Below are positions 35,218-37,512 of a stretch of 37,512 nucleotides of DNA, one piece after another; the first letter of the stretch is position 1; each line of letters opens with the position of its first letter. Location: the NCBI GenBank assembly GCA_964013405.1, contig CAXGWI010000021.1, forward strand, positions 1 to 37,512, read 5' to 3'. A program made the translations under genes and the position numbers. The notes below the pieces were generated by a model that saw only the letters and a program-made list of their open reading frames with translations, was not told the origin of the DNA and made no database searches. The stretch is from an uncultured Myxococcales bacterium (GTDB lineage Bacteria > Myxococcota > UBA4151).

Positions 35218-37512
35218 GTGGCTCTTCATATGGAGCGTAGGTTAGGGCTTAGCGACATCGTGGCGGTGAGCCTCGGTGCGATGCTAGGAAGTCTGTTCAT
35301 TCTGCCTGGCATCTCGGCGAAGGTGTCTGGTCCGTCCATGTGGATGGCCTATCTGATCGCGGGCATTTGCTGCCTGCCTGCCACCTTGTCGAAATCGGAA
35401 CTGGCCACGGCCATGCCCACCTCGGGTGGATCCTATGTCTACATCGATCGAGCGTTTGGCCCACTCATGGGAACGGTCGGGGGGCTTGGTCTTTGGCTGG
35501 CCCAACTCCTGAAAAGCGCCTTCGCGCTGATCGGTCTATCTTGGTATTTGAAAGAGGTTTGGGACGTTCCTCCCGTCCCCGCGGCCCTCTTTTTCCTCGT
35601 TGTCGTCACGGCGATCAACATCGTCGGGGTGCGCAAAGTCGGTCAGGCCCAGGTCTTTCTCGTTTCGCTGTCGATTATCGGGCTTCTCGTTCTCATCTTC
35701 CTCGGCATGGGCTCCATCAATGGGGAATTGATGGAACCTAACATGCCCAATGGCACGATGGGGCTGATCGAGTGTGTCGCCGTCGTGTACATCTCTTATG
35801 CCGGCGTGACGAAGATCGCTGCCATCGCCGAAGAGGTCGAACGGCCCGACCGAAACCTACCCTTGGGGATGCTCATCTCCCTGGGCGTAGCGACATTGAT
35901 CTATACCGTCTTCAACTACGTGTTGGTGGGCACGGTGAGTGCCAATGAGGCCAGGCTCCCGGGGGGGCTCCAGGGGGGGCTCCAGGGGGACTTACGACCG
36001 ATTTACACCATGGCCGTTGTCCTCGGTGGTGATGTCTTCGGTAAGGTTTTCGCCATCTTAGGCACCCTCACGATGGTCTCGATGGCCAATGCCGGGCTTT
36101 TGGCCGCCAGCCGCTTTCCCTTCAGTATGGCTAGGGACCGACTTCTGCCCGGCGTTCTTGGTGAGGTTCGTTCCAGTTACCTGACACCTATTCCTGCCAT
36201 CGTCATGACCTCTGCAATCATGGGCATCGCAATCGTCTATTTGAATGTGATCCAACTGGCGAAACTCGCGAGCTCCTTCAAAATCCTCGCCTTTATGGCC
36301 GTGAACTTGGCGGTGATCGTTCTGCGAGAGACCCACGTCCGTTGGTATCAACCCAACTATCGGTCTCCCTTTTATCCATGGGTTCAGGTCATCGGCATTC
36401 TCATGGGGGTTGGGCTCCTCCTTCTGATGGGCTTGACGGCCGCCATTGCAGCCCTTGGCATCGTAGCTGCTGGTGCGTGTTTCTGGTTTGTTTATGGGCG
36501 TCGGCAAATGACCGAACGTCGGGGCGCTGTGGGGCGTTTGGGCCCCGGTGAACTCGTTGCTGGAACCATCACGCCTGTCTCTTCTTTTCAGGGCTTAAAG
36601 TCCGGCGAAGTGGGCGCTCTGGTCACCCTCTTGGACCGAAGTCCGCCAGAGCCCTTGATCGAGTTGGGTGCAGCCCTTGCCGACCGCCAGGGCCTCGCTG
36701 TGATTCGAGTCCGGGAGGTCCCGGAACAGTTGGGCATTGAAGACCTAAGCGATGCCCACCCAGCGGAGCGCGCGCTGCGTCGGCGCTCGGTCTCCATGGG
36801 GGCGAAGGTTGGCGCCAACCTTTCCTATGAGACAGCCAGCTGTCGTGATCTGCGCGAAGAAGTCTATGAGCTCTGCCATGTCATGAAGCCGAGGTGGGTT
36901 CTCTTCGAATGGCGTGAGCAGGGTCATTATGCGGTCTGGCACCGAGACCCATTGGCCTGGCTGTTCTCTCATTTGCCGGCCAACGTGGCTGTGTTTCGGG
37001 ACGATGGGGTGCGAGTCTTTAACAGCATCCTCGTGGTTGCTGAGCTTGGCGATCACGACCTCGTGCTTGCACGAACCGCCGACCAACTGGCCGATACGAC
37101 GGGCGGTCGAATCCGCTTTGTCGCCATCGTTCCTGAAGGGAAAGCGACGGATCATGCAAAGGGCCACCTCGAGGAACTCGCCAGTCTGTGTCAGAGTGAA
37201 ACCGAGATCGATGTGATCGCCACCGACGAGGGGGGCGATGTGCTTGAGGATCTGAGCGCAGACTTCGACCTCATGCTCCTCGAAGAGCCTCCCTATGAGC
37301 ACTTCTATTCGAAGTTTATGCGCCGCTTTACCGACCATTTAACCCAGCGAGCACGCTGTTCGGTGCTGCGGATCCGGATCCCAGAAGAGTTCCGGGAGGA
37401 AGAAGAAGAGGATTTGGGCAGTCTCCATGGTGAAGAGTTGCTGGTGAGCTTCCTTGACCCCAAACTTTGCCAGCTGGATTCGAATGCGAGCTCGAAAAAA
37501 GAGGTCATTCGA
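35218..37512 (+). CDS. APC-family amino acid permease fused to two USP-like domains and a probable PTS EIIA domain (3' partial)
   Basis: Frame translated by hand and open from GTG 35218/ATG 35230 to the window end. APC motifs GAMLGSLFILPG, SELATAMPTSGGSY, AEEVERPDRNLP and SRFPFSMARD; USP-like ends HLPANVAVF and RARCSVLRI; then LVSFLDPKLCQLDSNASSKKEVIR. Confidence 0.9.
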   Translation, partial: MALHMERRLGLSDIVAVSLGAMLGSLFILPGISAKVSGPSMWMAYLIAGICCLPATLSKSELATAMPTSGGSYVYIDRAFGPLMGTVGGLGLWLAQLLKSAFALIGLSWYLKEVWDVPPVPAALFFLVVVTAINIVGVRKVGQAQVFLVSLSIIGLLVLIFLGMGSINGELMEPNMPNGTMGLIECVAVVYISYAGVTKIAAIAEEVERPDRNLPLGMLISLGVATLIYTVFNYVLVGTVSANEARLPGGLQGGLQGDLRPIYTMAVVLGGDVFGKVFAILGTLTMVSMANAGLLAASRFPFSMARDRLLPGVLGEVRSSYLTPIPAIVMTSAIMGIAIVYLNVIQLAKLASSFKILAFMAVNLAVIVLRETHVRWYQPNYRSPFYPWVQVIGILMGVGLLLLMGLTAAIAALGIVAAGACFWFVYGRRQMTERRGAVGRLGPGELVAGTITPVSSFQGLKSGEVGALVTLLDRSPPEPLIELGAALADRQGLAVIRVREVPEQLGIEDLSDAHPAERALRRRSVSMGAKVGANLSYETASCRDLREEVYELCHVMKPRWVLFEWREQGHYAVWHRDPLAWLFSHLPANVAVFRDDGVRVFNSILVVAELGDHDLVLARTADQLADTTGGRIRFVAIVPEGKATDHAKGHLEELASLCQSETEIDVIATDEGGDVLEDLSADFDLMLLEEPPYEHFYSKFMRRFTDHLTQRARCSVLRIRIPEEFREEEEEDLGSLHGEELLVSFLDPKLCQLDSNASSKKEVIR
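35961..35989 (+). repeat. 12-bp in-frame tandem duplication with G7 tracts
   Basis: (GGGGGGGCTCCA)x2 followed by GGGGG, encoding PGGLQGGLQGD. Confidence 0.85.

Overview
A GC-rich, gene-dense chromosomal window with about 37 CDSs and no recognisable tRNA, rRNA, CRISPR array or mobile element. Gene content points to a Myxococcota-like organism (inference from MXAN_6577-type Cys repeats, a 61-aa protein typical of myxobacteria and many lipoproteins). Housekeeping and metabolic genes: UvrD/PcrA helicase, a metF-dctQ-dctM-dctP run, aldehyde dehydrogenase, AsnB, 3-hydroxyacyl-CoA dehydrogenase, SfsA, two SDRs, a thiolase coupled to a short LeuA-type synthase, and a DUF4159 + vWA/GATase1 pair. An APC permease fused to two USP-like domains and a probable PTS EIIA domain runs off the right edge and is missing from the ORF track. 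The unusual content is envelope-related: (i) a lipoprotein whose mature part has no Lys and 60 regularly spaced Cys in three module types; (ii) a lipoprotein made of two nuclease-type OB-fold modules with no catalytic domain; (iii) a toxin-less YD/DxDGDG repeat lipoprotein; (iv) two tandem 157-aa beta-rich paralogs beside a divergent L,D-transpeptidase/M23 pair; (v) an unannotated 24-aa membrane sORF. No single multi-gene novel system can be proven from sequence alone. All family calls come from motif recognition, not database searches.
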